Numbered from the stretch's first letter, positions 36,558-49,512 are shown. The stretch: 64,000 nucleotides of DNA from Eukaryota sp. TZLM1-RC (GCA_040285825.1 JAUPSS010000003.1:868001-932000), one strand, 5' to 3'. A program made the numbers and translations. Notes: generated from the letters alone by a model not told the origin.

Positions 36558-39500
36558 TGCTAGATCTTTTTAAGGAGCAGATCAATCACGTGGACTTCTT
36601 GTATCAAAATAGAATCTCGTTCCAGACTGAGAACCGTCGCAGACAGACGGTACCTTCTCCCCCTGCTATCCCCAAAACAAGAGGTTCCAGCTCTGGCAGG
36701 CGCCCAAAACAACAACGACGAGAAGGAAGCTCTACTCAACCGTCTTCCACTCAGTCTGATGTCAACGTCCAATGCAATTTCTGTAAACAAATGGGTCATC
36801 CGACTGAAAGGTGCCCTAGTGAGGACTGCCAAAGAAGCAAAAAGTGGAGAGAGCAACAAGCTCAACACAAAGCTCGAGGCAGAGGTTCTAGAGGTTCTGG
36901 TTTCCGTAGCCGAAGAGGCACTCGCGGCAGAGGCAAGGGCTCTTCATCATATAATAAACGTTCCCGTCACTATTTACACTGTTTTGAAACCATACCCCCT
37001 ACAACTACAACACATTCCCACACAGAAAACACAACATGGAAAGATTCCCTAATCAATCCTTTGGCCAACTTGGAACATACCAAGACGCATAACATTCAAG
37101 CTAATTTCTTCTCAGAACAAGCTGAATATGATTCCGATACAATATTTATGGTACAATCCATAAAGTCCACAACCAACTGCCTACAATTAAACTTCTTGAT
37201 CAACAATGTCGAAGTTAAAGGCATAATTGACTCCGGTGCAACATGCTCAGTAGTCACAGAAGACGTCATCAGTAATTGTAACATGGCACGTTCCAACGAA
37301 ACCATATCATACAAGATTGCTGATGGATCTACCTCACAGTCCCTTGGTACTGCTTCTGGAACCCTTAGCATTAGACTAGGCAGTGTTTCCCAGATTGTAC
37401 ACGTGAAACACAAGTTCAGCATCGTTCCTGGACATGAGACCATTCTCATTGGTGCTGACTTGTTGAGTCACCTTGGGCTGATGAACAACAAGGGCATTTA
37501 TATTAGAATGGACGACGCCTGTCGCACATTACTATTACCTGAAGCCGAATTCGACCATCGAATATCGCAAGCTTCAGAAGTCGTCAACGTTTCCACACGT
37601 TGGTTGGAACACATCAACTCATCTGGTTGTACCATCAACCTCGACAACGACCATTTCAAGAAGTCCCTACTTCATACCTTGAAAGAGTTCGAAGACGTAT
37701 TTACCCTCAAGCCTCATGCTGAAGGTATTGATTGCCCTCCCATGGAAATCAACTTCTACAACGAAGACGTCAGAGTTAGAAGACCCCCCAGGACCCTGAA
37801 TCCAGCCAGGTTAGAGGTCGCTAACCAAATTTTCGACGAACTCGTAGACTCAGGATTTGCTGTCCCATCGAACCATGAGTTCAGCTCCCCTGTCTGTCTA
37901 GTGGTCTACCCAGATCACCGCAAGCCCCGCCTTACTGGTGATTATAGTGGCAAGGACGGAGTCAACGCCAACACCATTCCTGTTGAGCCCAACCTTCCAA
38001 GGATCTCCGACGTGCTGGTATTTCTCTCCCAAGCGAACTACATAGGCACCCTTGACCTCCCCAAAGCCTTCTGGCAACTCAAGATTGCTGAAAAGGATTG
38101 GCAGAAAACAGCCCTGAGCATTCCTGGCAAAAGTATCATGTTCAAACGTGCAGCTTTTGGCCTAAAGAATGTCCCAGCCGTTTTCCAAAACGTCATGGCT
38201 GACATCTTCTCTGGAGACGGTGTCTTCATTTACATAGATGACATCATAATCATAGGTTCAACCTTTGACGAATTCATTGAACGCCTCCGTCGCGTCCTTG
38301 ATCAAGCCAGATGCAAAAGAGTTTCCTTGGGACTTCCAAAGTGCCATTTCGTGTCTTCCAGACACCCAATCAAGATACTGGGCAGTGTTTTCCAAAACAA
38401 GCAACGGACTATCGATCCCACTCGCGTTGAATCTTTGCTGAATCTACCTAGACCAAAGACAATCAAAGACGTCCGCAGCCTCGTAGGATCAGTCAACTTC
38501 ATTAGAGAATGGCTTCCTCAGGTATCTGAGCTCATCGCTCCTATCATCAGATTGACTAAGAAGGATGGAACTAACTCCAACGTTAAACCCAAACCCCGCG
38601 CGCAACGCCTTCAATGGACCGACATGCACGATGGACTCCTTCGAAAGATCAAACAACTGATAGCGAAACACATGCCGCTCAGCTTACCTCCGCAGGAAAA
38701 CCAAATTTTAATTAGTTGCGATGCATCCGACATTGCTGTAGGCGGCGTCATATGGGAACAAATCGAACAAGTCGACGACCCCGGTACCCCCCTGATCAAT
38801 AGGAAATGTAGGCCTATCAGCTTCTTCAGCCGGTTGTTAACCAACTCGCAAAAGAACTGGCCGACTAACCAAAAGGAACTCTACGCTATCCTACTCATGT
38901 TAACTCAAAGTGGTTTTGAAAACTACTTAAAAGGAAGGAAACTGGTCATATTCACAGACCATCAAAACCTTACCTACATGTTCACGGCTCCTGAGAAGAA
39001 CAGAATTGTAACAAGATGGTTACCCATATTCTCTGAATTCTGCTTTGACTTGGTACATACCAAAGGGGAAGATAACTTCTGGGCTGATATGTTGTCTCGA
39101 ATAGTTCCACCTATAGACCATCAAGAGATCAATCATTTGTCCCATCAAATGCCTCCAAATTTTCATCCAATATTTTACATTGATAAAATTGATGGAACAG
39201 AAAATGAAAGATACTACATCGAAGACCTAAACAACTTCGAACGTATCATGGTCATCAGAGAACGATGTTCCAACGACCTGCCTATTTTCGAGCCATGGCT
39301 CTGTAGGATTAGGTCCGAACAGAAGCTTGCCATAGCTTCCAAAGACCCTCTTTCAACAACTGTGTTCATAACAATCATCTTGATTTATATATGACTCACG
39401 ACAACAAGATAGTGATTCCCAAATCACTCATTAAGGACACCCTTAACCTGTTGCATGGACTTCTGCAAGGAGGTCATCCAAGCAAAGCTGAAAGCCTGAA

Positions 39501-40784
39501 CAAGCTCAGGAACAGCGATTATTGGTGGCCAAACATGCTCACCGACATGAATAAGCACGTCCAAGAATGCCCCTCCTGTCAGAAAACAAAGCCAGTTCCC
39601 AAACTGCATGTTCCCCCAACCGGTTCATTGTGGGCTGACAGACCTTTTGCTCGCGTCAACGCCGACGTCATTGGTCCTCTTCCAGAAGATCAAGAAGGCT
39701 ACAAATACATCCTCGTATTTATCGACAGCTTCTCTAGGTTCACGATCATCGTGCCTTTAAAAGAGATAAATGCCAATCTTACTGCAGATGCATTAATTTG
39801 GAAAGTCTGTGCCATCTTTGGTATTCCATTTCAAATCCACAGCGATAATGGACCCGAATTTTCCAAGGCTGTCTTTGACGAATTAAGCAAATTTTTGGGC
39901 ATAGAGGTGTCAAAGTCAATACCTAGGTTTTTCTCAGTCCAACGGCCTGGTAGAGCGCCGACACAGAGACATCCTGCAAAACCTACGGAAATTGCTCGTA
40001 GACTTCAATGCCTACGATGTGTGGTCTGAATACTTGCCTTATGTGCAATTATTGATCAACTCTTCCAAGAGCTCAATAACCAACCACACTCCATACCAAG
40101 TGATCTTTGGCTCTGATGTGTCTCCCAGATCTGACCCTGGCAAAATTCTTGAAATCATTGAAAGCTCGACGTCTGAGTCATCTTTTTATTCAAGAAATTC
40201 AATCTAAATTTCGAAGATTGAAAGAGAAACAAGAAAAGGCAGCACATCATCAAGCTTCCAAAGCTTCCAAGCTAGCTAGATCGTCAACTCCAAACCCTTT
40301 TGAAGTTGGTCAATTGGTATTGAGAGCATCTGGCTCTTCCGCTAAGCTTCATGGAGACTATTTAGGACCCTTCCTAATTACTGAAATCGTATCCAATTCG
40401 TCTGTGAATATTAAGAATCTCTGCACAGGTACGATTGTCCAAGCTAGCGTCAAACACTTAGCTCCCTGGCACTCCAGCTTGCCCACCAACGATGAGTTCC
40501 ACTCCTGGGTCGCTGCTGGTGATGTCGAAGAACACATCATTGAAAAAGTGCTCAGCCAGGAAGGTGACTTTTGCCAAGTGCAATGGCCAGGTAAAGAGAT
40601 CACCACTGAGCATGTGTCTACAGTCCAAAATACTGCCGCGTATAAAGACTTCATCAAGACTTCAAAAGCACGTCGCCATACTAAATCCGCTCCTCCCAAG
40701 AAGCGTCATAATTCTATTAGTTCACCTCCTGTGACTAGAGCTTCCAGGGCTCGTCGCTCGAAAGAGAGGAAAAGGCAGTGTTAG
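36557..40784 (+). pseudogene. Element C zinc knuckle-PR-RT-RNase H-integrase-chromodomain-like
   Basis: CNFCKQMGHPTERC, IIDSGA, IYIDDII, SCDASD, HSDNGPEF, GPF, IEKVL..QVQWPG. Several frameshifts; ends RKRQC*. Confidence 0.9.
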
Positions 40785-40933
40785 TCTTGAATAGTATTTA
40801 TAGTTAATAGTTTAGTTATTAGTATTCCGCCTGTTAGCTTAAGAAGAGAGAATACAATTCCTCTCGCTAATAAATTACTTTACATTTACACAAGCTATGT
40901 CACACGATAACCCTAGCCATAGACCATCACTTG

Positions 40934-41532
40934 AAGCAAAACTTGAAAGGATTTCAAAGAAGAGAGAAGAGGCAGAGCTCAGACAAGCTCAACAACTGCC
41001 TGAAGTTAACAAACATAGGAACCCTTTTAATAAAGGTGACTTAGTTTTGTGATTAAAGACTAATGGTAAACTCCATGGTTGCTTCGCTGGCCCTTTTCTC
41101 GTTGAAGAAGTTAAATCCAATAAAAGTTTGTTACTCAAGAATCTCGTCACTGGTTCAATGTCTACGACAAGTATAAATCATTGTAAACTATACCTTTCAG
41201 ACTTCCCTAAAGAAGATCTTGATTGGCATAAGAATATTGCTGCTGGCGATATGGAAGAATCTGTAATCATTAAAATTATAGATCACTTTGATTACGTAGA
41301 TTCGAACAATAATAAAGTTCCTTATTGTACCGCAGTTTGGTATGGCGGCGAGACTTCGTCTGTCCCAGTTGCTGACGTCAAAAGCACTGAGGCATATCAA
41401 ACATATTTGCGCTCTATTAGTCCTCACTCTACCAGGAAACGGAAGGCATCTTCTAATTATAAATCTAAGACTAATTCCCCCGCAGTCAGTTCTCGTAGCT
41501 CTCGTTCGAGATCTAAGAGAGGGAAAAGGTAG
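40934..41532 (+). pseudogene. Element A integrase C-terminus, chromodomain-like
   Basis: KLHGCFAGPF..IIKIIDH..CTAVWYGG; the stop abuts the 3' LTR. Confidence 0.75.
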
Positions 41533-41950
41533 TGTTGTACTGTGGACAATTAGTCTAGTACATTTGTATTTATATAGTATAGTTCACTAGTGATGGCCTT
41601 TATAAGGGCCGGTGAAATTCTAATAAATTACCCTTATTCTGTGTTATCATATATGGATAAAGCATCAAGTATCAGTATCATGCTGGAAAAAACCCCTGAT
41701 TGTTGTAAGTAATCCACTCAAAATTCAAAAACTTGTTGAGGGTGATGTTGTTCAAGAACTTGTGGATGAACAAGAGGAGTCAAGCAAAGAAGTTGAAAAA
41801 TGGAACTCATTACTCCTGGATTTACAAACTTCTTGTGAGGATTCATTATCAGAGTTTTCATTAAAATCGATTAAAGACAAAAAAACGATCAGGAAATTGT
41901 GAACACACTAAAGACGTTAAGGACATATTCCTGTGAATCACCTTTGCCAA

Positions 41951-43052
41951 TGTTGTTGTTACTGATAAACTAACTTGGTAGACAGATGAAGAATTCACAT
42001 GATGACGTGGCACTTGTTCAAGAACAAGTATTTCTATTAATAAAGTTCTCTTTTTTCTCTTTACTTCTTTGGTATTTCTGCCTAACGGCATCAATAATTA
42101 TTGGCCCTCATTGCAGATGAAATCTACACGCGTACTACATTTGTCCCTTGCTTCTATGGAAGTGGATGATGTTCTGTTGTTCCTACAACAGTGGAAGGTG
42201 TACTCTTCTGTTACACCGAAGAAGGACCTTGTTCCAGCAAGGCTCCTTGTTGACCCCTTCCTGTTAGAATCATTGGTTCTCACAAGTCCTGGGGTTGATT
42301 CATCCGATGAGGTGTTTCTGGATCATTTAAGATTCTCCACCTCGTTTTCCTCGTACGAAGAATTCAACTTGGTGATGTCTGAGTTGAAGGTTGATGTCCG
42401 TAAGAACGACGTCCGTGAACGTATGTCCTGCTACCTGAGACGTTTTCTTCAGGCGAAAAGCAGGGCTTCCGGACTGAAATTGCCTGACTCAGCCTTCATG
42501 ATCAGATTCGCCAAGGGTATTCTTCCATTAGGACTGCAGAAATCTCTGATTTCTCGAATTCGGGACGAGGTATTCCCCGATTTTCCAACATTGCTAAATA
42601 CCGCAGAGGATTAATTACTTGATTGCACGCGAGTAGCTTCTTGGAACAGGTCTTCAAAGACTGTTTCTGAAAATACTGACTCTGTGCGTCAAGCTGGTAT
42701 GAAGTCTCGTTCATCCCATAGGTCTTGCATTTTGACTGACGGGACATGTTTCAAATGTCATCAGAAAGGTCATCTAGCTCGTGATTGCCCCTCAAAAGTT
42801 AAGCACGAAATAAATCATTTACAACACGTGCCTCAGTATCTCACAAATCCCCTATCTTCATTATGCTAAATGGTTTACGAAACTGTTGAAAGAAAATGGG
42901 AAGAAGTAGTGTTGTTGTTACTGATAAACTAACTTGGTAGACAGATGGAGAATTTACATGATGACGTGGCACTTGTTCAAGAACAAGTATTTCTATTAAT
43001 AAAGTTCTCTTTTCTCTCTTTACTTCTTTGGTATTTCTGTCTAACGGCATCA
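41951..43052 (+). mobile_element. Small non-autonomous gag-only LTR element D (1.1 kb)
   Basis: 143-bp LTRs at 41951..42093 and 42910..43052 (about 4 mismatches); TSD CCAA; PPT; gag-like ORF 42069..42614 and CFKCHQKGHLARDC knuckle; no pol. Confidence 0.9.
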
Positions 43053-44947
43053 CCAAAATTCAAGAGTGCGTTTTTACACCAGGCCAAACACCATTTTAAG
43101 CATTAATTGTTGGCAAGGTACAAATCAATGAAACCATTGTTCATCTATGATTAAAAACTGGAAAACATTTTCACTTCAACAGAATACAATATTGTAAATG
43201 ATATGCTCCAGCAAATGAAATTCAATTTGGCCACCCCAAAATCCAAGTCAAAGAGAGAAAGCCTAATTTACCTAATATATTCTATGATATACAGGTACAT
43301 TGGGAAAAATAACTTAATGGCGGACTTCAGTCCTAATTTTGAAGAATTGATTAAAAACGGTGAATGGGAAAAACATAATCCTTTATTCATTTACAACGTT
43401 TTCATTATCAGATGATCCCTTTGTCCTGCGTATATGCGGGTTGAAACCACAAGTATGCAAATTATAACAAATCGATCAAAAAACCTGACTAGTGAATCCA
43501 TCGTCCCATCGTCCCATCACAGAGTTTGATGAAACTCAAGAAAGTGATGATCAAACGATTGACGTTGATTCAATAATTCTTAAAACTTGCGACGGAATAC
43601 TCAACATGCAGCATGGTGACATGACCAAAAATACTCATGGTTACTTGTTTGACGGCAACATTCTGACAGATGGCTTTGGACTTTCTGTTCAACACAAGCA
43701 CAATGATCTGAAAAAATGCAGAGACAAACAAAAAGATTCATGATCTCTGGAGAACGAACTGAATTCATTAATAGGTAAGGTCATTGCGGAATAGACCCTA
43801 ACGAATATGATGCCAAACTGGTATCAGTATCAGAAACTCCTAATCCAACAGAAATTCCTTACCAAATAAGTGAATCATATTCTGATGAAATGAGTAATAT
43901 TGAGTCCAAAGGAATCAATATGACTGAAGCAGAAAGAAAAAAAATCTGAAAAATTCAATCATAATAATAAACGTGTGGAAAAAAATAAGGAAAAAATAGA
44001 AAGAAAATCCAAAAAAAATGATTTAATGAAAAATAGAAAAAAAATTAATGAAAAAAGAGACAAAGTAATTATTGATTCTTACACTGCTGGTAGTCGAAAC
44101 TTTAACCTTCAAACAGAGAAGTTCAGAGAAACGGAGACAAACTACCTAAACTCGATCATTTTTACGATTGAGAGCAGTGAAAATTCTTTCAAAATTGCAG
44201 TTTTAAAAAATATCAACGGTGAAGAGGAAATCATTAGATCTCTTCCCGATTTTACATTCAGAGAATTCAATTTACCATCTACGCAATCGGAGGTCTCCGT
44301 ACAAGAAACATCTGATAAATTATCAGAATATTCGGAAAAGTCTTTGGGTCTGCAACAATTCAAGGAGTACATTAAAATGAAACTACTCCACGATGAATTG
44401 CTCTGTCCAATTTACCAAGACCCTCTCTTTAGGCGCCACACTCTGAACAAATACATAAATAAACAAAAGTGTGAGGCTGCCTGGGTTAACCAATTAAAAA
44501 CCAAGTTAAGGGCTCATGCTCAAAATATTGAAGGAAATACCAAATGTGATGTAAAGGTCAAAGATCCCAATGCCTTTGAGAGATTCAAACGTAAGAAGAA
44601 GAGGTTAAAGAATGACTTGTAAGTGGCTAAAAAGCAGGATTAAGGTGCTGATTCTATTCAAAATCTCGAAAACAAAATTCATGAACTTCAACACAATTGG
44701 AATCTCAAAAAGGACAATGCCAAACTAGTCCCATGTAATGGACTGTTACACTGGCAAAACAGTGATTGTGGCGTCTACTGGGATAGGGATGTTAACATTG
44801 CTCTAAACATGTACAGGATTACGTACTCTCATATTCAAGATAATTGTAGACCAATGGTACTGCAACGAGCAGGGAGTGTGAGTGTGGGAAAAAAGTTTAG
44901 AGTATTACTATTAAGATTTATTAGCATGGATAGACACATGCATTCTG

Positions 44948-45139
44948 TGAGTTACCAGCTTTTATATTGACGTTTCTGTTACTTTGTTAAACTGTTACTC
45001 TGAATATATTTATTTGGAAGCTTACTCATGTACCGGTGTTGAGGGATCATTTTGGCTAGGAAAAATTGTATAGCCACATTGAACTACAAATGGATCAGCA
45101 CTATCATCCCTATCACCACTGTTGACAAGCAGGGGTTAA
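44948..45139 (+). ncRNA. Putative omegaRNA scaffold of Fz-3
   Basis: Stems TGAGT..AGCTTT/GAAGCT.ACTCA, GGTG..AGGGAT/ATCCCT..CACC enclosing TGGCTA/TAGCCA, and a CTGTT-GACA-AGCAG GNRA hairpin. Confidence 0.45.
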
Positions 45140-45184
45140 GTATGGATATTAATTGAGTGGATTTTTCCTTCAATTAATATTTAT

Positions 45185-46500
45185 TTATTAAAAAACGTAA
45201 AAATCAACATTTGAATAATCCATTTCTTCCAAAACAAAACAACTAGATGCAACTGTCTCATTGTGAGATCCAAGAGAAAGCAAAGTATCAGAAACCTTTT
45301 TCAACATCCCTTTAAAAATAGAAAACACAATTCTATTTTGCCAAACCAATCTATTTCTGTTAGTTCTTCTCTTTACAATCATTTCAGAATCTGCTAAAAA
45401 ACGTAAGGCCGTGGGAGCAAGTGAGTAAAATAGAGAAAATACAAATGGATACAAATTGTATTTTGCATGCTGCTGGGTGGACACTATGGTCAATGGTTCA
45501 CTGTAATTTGCGAAATGATCTGTCTTGCAAATGTGGAGCTGGTTTAGCATTATCACATCTAGTCAATTACAATAGATTTATTTCTTATCGTTCCACTTTG
45601 CATGATGCTGTCAGAGATCAAATCCATGCAATGTGTAATTACTAAACATATTGAATCATTTGCAGAACCGTTGTTGAGGTCTCTTGAAATTAATGAAAAA
45701 GTAAGAGATTCAAAATAAGGAAAACGACGTGCTGATGTTGTTGTGCCCTCATGTGATGATGTCATAAATGTTGTTGATGTTGTAACAGTGGACGTTTGCA
45801 AAAAAAATGCACAATCCGAAGTATTTCCTCTTGATGATTCAGAATTGTACAAAAGGTAACAATATGCAAATCCCTTGAAGGAATTGAAACATGTTCGCCA
45901 TGTGGATTACCAAATTTGCCCATTTGCTATTTCTTTGTATGGACGCCTTGGAAAAAGTGACATAAATTTTATTGATGCTTTTGAAAATCTTGTAAAAAGA
46001 AGAACGAATAAGCGTTCTGATCGCTGTTTGTGGTTGAATTGTATTGTTTTTACCATTTTCAAAGCAGTTCATAAAATGATTTCGAAAGCTTTGATGTCTG
46101 TGAATGCACATTACGAAAACATTGCTGTTGTACGGTTTGATGGTGTGGAAGCTTGTTTTGAAGATATTGATTTGTAGATTGTATTTTTTTAGAATAAATT
46201 AATAGTTATTTTAAAAAAACAAGGATCTACAAACATTGCGTCCACTAAAATGAAAATTCGACTAATTCGGGTAATATGACATCCCCTCTATTATTCTTAT
46301 GAAAATCATCTTCAGCATCAAACAAAATCGACAACAGAGGTTCCAAAAAAGATTCAAATCTATGAGACTTTCAAATACATTATAATTGGTCTCTTACAGC
46401 TTCGTGAACCTTGCTTTATAAAAGTAATAAAATGTTTACAATTTAACAAATGAGTAATTGTAATTCTTCGAGAACATTTACAAATTATATTATGATTATG
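45185..46500 (-). mobile_element. Cluster of decayed RLE non-LTR fragments in alternating orientation (R2 -, R4 +, R2 -)
   Basis: ORF 45188..45556 (-); CKCG..HLVNY..HDAVRD and 45875..46177 (+); ICKCSRRITITHLLNCKH near 46.4k (-). Confidence 0.7.
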
Positions 46501-46519
46501 ATTTATTGTATTTAGATTG

Positions 46520-49401
46520 TATTTGGATATACAGCAACATATCAAATTTATTATTATGAGACTATGTTTTAGTTCCAACTTTAATCATATATTTCGATCT
46601 ACAAATCTTATTATCACTAGGCCTTTGGCCCAGAAGTTCAATGAATTACTTGCCAAAGTCTTGTCACAATTACTAGGATGTTAAATGTTCCAAATTCTAG
46701 ATCATGCTTATCTTAGTCCACATTATGGTGGTTCAGGTTGGACAAAGGCTTCTATTCTTACTTCATGTGCTTTTATTGGTGGATGTAGAAATGCAATTTT
46801 TGAGTTTTCTGAAACATTTGCGGATTGGGAGGATCTATTAATGACAACGCAAAGTTCTACTGTTTTTGCATTAAATGATGAAATTTCAAAAATTGAAGTA
46901 GAAAAATGGAGTCGATGCTTTCCCCAATCATTCAATGGTAAATCATTTATTCCGGAAAAATAATTTTAAATTTAAAAAACACTTTTCGAACATTACAGAA
47001 AAGATTGACTGGAACGTATGAAAATGATCCTTATAATAATATACGTAGCTCGGCTGTTTTAAATCAAGATCTTCGCTCATTGTTATTGGAAAAGGGTGTT
47101 TGTGAAAACCAATCATCAGATTCTGTACTGTCTGTAACAATTGTACTATGAAGATGTGGAGTGTGTGCTGCTAATGAAGCGTTTGTAACAAAAATCAGAT
47201 TATATTTGAAGATCCCCATTAATCAATTATTGTTCCCTTGAGTCTAAAGTGATTAAAGAAAGCTTGAGATAATATGAATGAAAAAAAGTTGATTTATTTT
47301 TTAATCATATTATAAAAGCCTTAGGGCGCCAACACTGCTTCTTCCTTTTTTCAAGATGAATCAGCTTATATAAATATGAAACTAAAACTATGAACCAATA
47401 ACTGAATAGCTAAAAATAACTAAATATACTAAGAACAAAATACTAAATTCTGAAGTTTTCTATTGTCTACAATTTTCCTGTAGTAATTGGGATTCAAACA
47501 AACACTAATTTTACATTTTTAAGATCGACAATTGATGTACTATGGCTCTCCCAAAATAATGTTAGTATAAGGTAGTAAGCAATAACTGAAAAGAGCCTCA
47601 TTCCAAGATCTGTGTGTTTGAATATTTTGTTGTGTATGTTTGAACCGCTACATAAAGACGCTCTGCTTTTTCTTTTTTTCGTAAACGAGTAACGTGGTAG
47701 TGTCGTTTAGTAAAGGTATCATGGAATCGAAGAATGGATTCACTAATGATCATGCAGAATCTATGTTGGATCAAAAACAACAGTAAGCGAAGTAACAAAC
47801 TTCAGAAACCTGAAGGCGGCCTTTTTTGTTGTTAACGTACTGCCTTTACGACTAAAAATATCAGAGAAGCAACGACTGTATTCTTGCCATTGAGTACAAT
47901 AATAGTAAAGGTGAAGTCTCTACTCATAAGCTCGTATGTAGTCGACTTTGTTTGTGTTTGGCTCCATAAAAGAGCGAGCTGCTTGAATGGATAAAATCCA
48001 TTGATTCGAGTTAAGGCTCCACGTTTTTGCTAGGAGTTTGTAGCATACATCACTGGAATCATCTTCCCCTTCCGTGTTATGTACTCTCCTTGAGGGGTTG
48101 ATTATGTACAGTGGGATCTGCATCCTTTTCTTCACAAGATGCTACATTAGGGAGGGGAGACCGAACTGGGTCCGTTCTCGTGGCCTTCTCTGACTCTGAA
48201 GGTTTTACTTCCTTTGTGAGGGGAGAAAGAGCCGTATCCGTTCTCGTAACCTCCTTATTTACTCTGAAAGGAGAGGTGGAATTTTGGTTCGCGCCTGTTC
48301 CTTTTGTAACCACTGTTGCAGAAGAATTGACCTCGTCCTGCCTTTCAACTGCTTCTTTCTTGAAGGGGGAGGTGGGATCCGGGACCGTTTCCTCGTCAAC
48401 CTTCTGTATGTTTGTTGTATGTTGTTGTTGTGTATCCTGCTGGTGCTGCAAGTTAGGTGAATGAGTGAAGTCAGAAAAAACTTTCCCTAAGATGTCTGAC
48501 ATGTTAAAAGGATATCTGGTTAGCTGTTACTGTGTAAATACTGAAGTTATAATGGTATACCTGGACTTAAAATGGTCAATAATTATTGTTGCCGTAAGTC
48601 TAAAATGATTAAAGAAAGCTTGAGATAATATGAATGAGGAAAAGTTGATTTATTTTTTTATCATATTATAGCAGCCTTGGGGCACCAACATTATTATCAA
48701 AAGAAAAATGTATTTGTTCGAATTCACCACAGCTCACTTTGCGTCATGTCATCAATTGTTCGAAATTGAAAACTTATCGTTCTTCATTGCATGATGCTGT
48801 TAGAGACACTGTTTTTAATATGGCACAAACTGTAAGAATTTCGTGCATCAAAGAGCCTCTGCTGAAGGAAACACTGTCATTGAATAATTTTGGTTTTGAT
48901 AATAGAGGTGATGTATACTGTGATTGGATTGAGAACTCTGAAGCTGTTGTTGACTTTGTCTCCTGTAATGTTGCAAATGACACTTTGGTTCAAAGAAGAA
49001 AACTTAGTTCTGTAAATGCTCTTGAATTTAAAGCTAAAGAAAAACATAGTAAATATGACAAAGATATCGAAGATGCTAATGCTGGTAGAAATACACCACT
49101 GGTATTTATTGCTCTCCCTTTTTCGATGAACGGAAGACTATCAGTAGAAGCAGAAACTTCTTTGAATGATTCCCAAAAATTGGTTCAAGAAACAACAATG
49201 AAAAAATTTAATATTTTTTTATGGCGCTTTTGGATTCAATTTGCCATTATTAATAAATTACCTCGGTTTTTCAATCGAATTAGAGAAGCTTTAGCTAGAC
49301 AGCAGGCGGATCAAGATTTTGTGGAGGAAATCTTGGTTCATTGAATTTCGTCCCATTAGTTATGAGTTTATTTTGTTAAGTGTGCAAGATGAATAAAAAA
49401 A
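46520..49401 (+). mobile_element. R1 RLE non-LTR fragment interrupted by LTR element E
   Basis: LSPHYGGSGW region, then ORF 48739..49344. The R1 sequence CAATTAT|TATCAAAAG is split at the E insertion. Confidence 0.8.
47231..48690 (-). mobile_element. Small non-autonomous LTR element E (1.46 kb)
   Basis: Diverged 104-bp LTRs at 47231..47334 and 48587..48690; TSD TTAT; PPT GAAAAAAGGAAGAAGCAG on the minus strand; internal broken ORF from 48502. Confidence 0.85.
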
Positions 49402-49512
49402 TAACCTTTAGAAATGGTGTTTAGTGGATTGTTGCTGTGAAAGTTTTGTTCATACATAGATTCACATTAGAAACTTACATTTTAACTACCCTTTACAGAC
49501 AACACTTGGTAC

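Larger units (their letters stand above)
33523..40929 (+). mobile_element. Ty3/Gypsy LTR retrotransposon C
   Basis: 151-bp LTRs at 33523..33673 and 40779..40929 appear identical; TSD CTTG; PPT AAAGAGAGGAAAAGGCAG. Confidence 0.95.
17735..41667 (+). mobile_element. Ty3/Gypsy LTR retrotransposon A (host of nested B and C)
   Basis: 135-bp LTRs at 17735..17869 and 41533..41667 (TG..CA, 1 mismatch seen); TSD AGTA; PPT before the 3' LTR; domain order PR-RT-RH-IN. Confidence 0.95.
17444..44970 (+). pseudogene. Third Fanzor1 family (Fz-3), decayed and split by LTR elements A and D (pieces about 17444..17734, 41672..41950, 43057..44970)
   Basis: TQIVDH..TSYMVNIQQHF; YNVFIIR*SLCPAYMRVETT; YLFDGNILTDGFGLS; GIDPN (RuvC-I); LSEYSEKS..FKEYI..FRRHTLNKYINKQK; NGLLHW..CGVYWDRDVNIALNM..RP..LQR. 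The RuvC-II region is not recognisable. Confidence 0.75.

Noticed and set aside
36545-36562. Programmed frameshift or TAATG stop-restart in element C
   Set aside because: It lies in a T homopolymer, like several other breaks in C and the hAT. With identical LTRs, assembly indels or decay are more likely.
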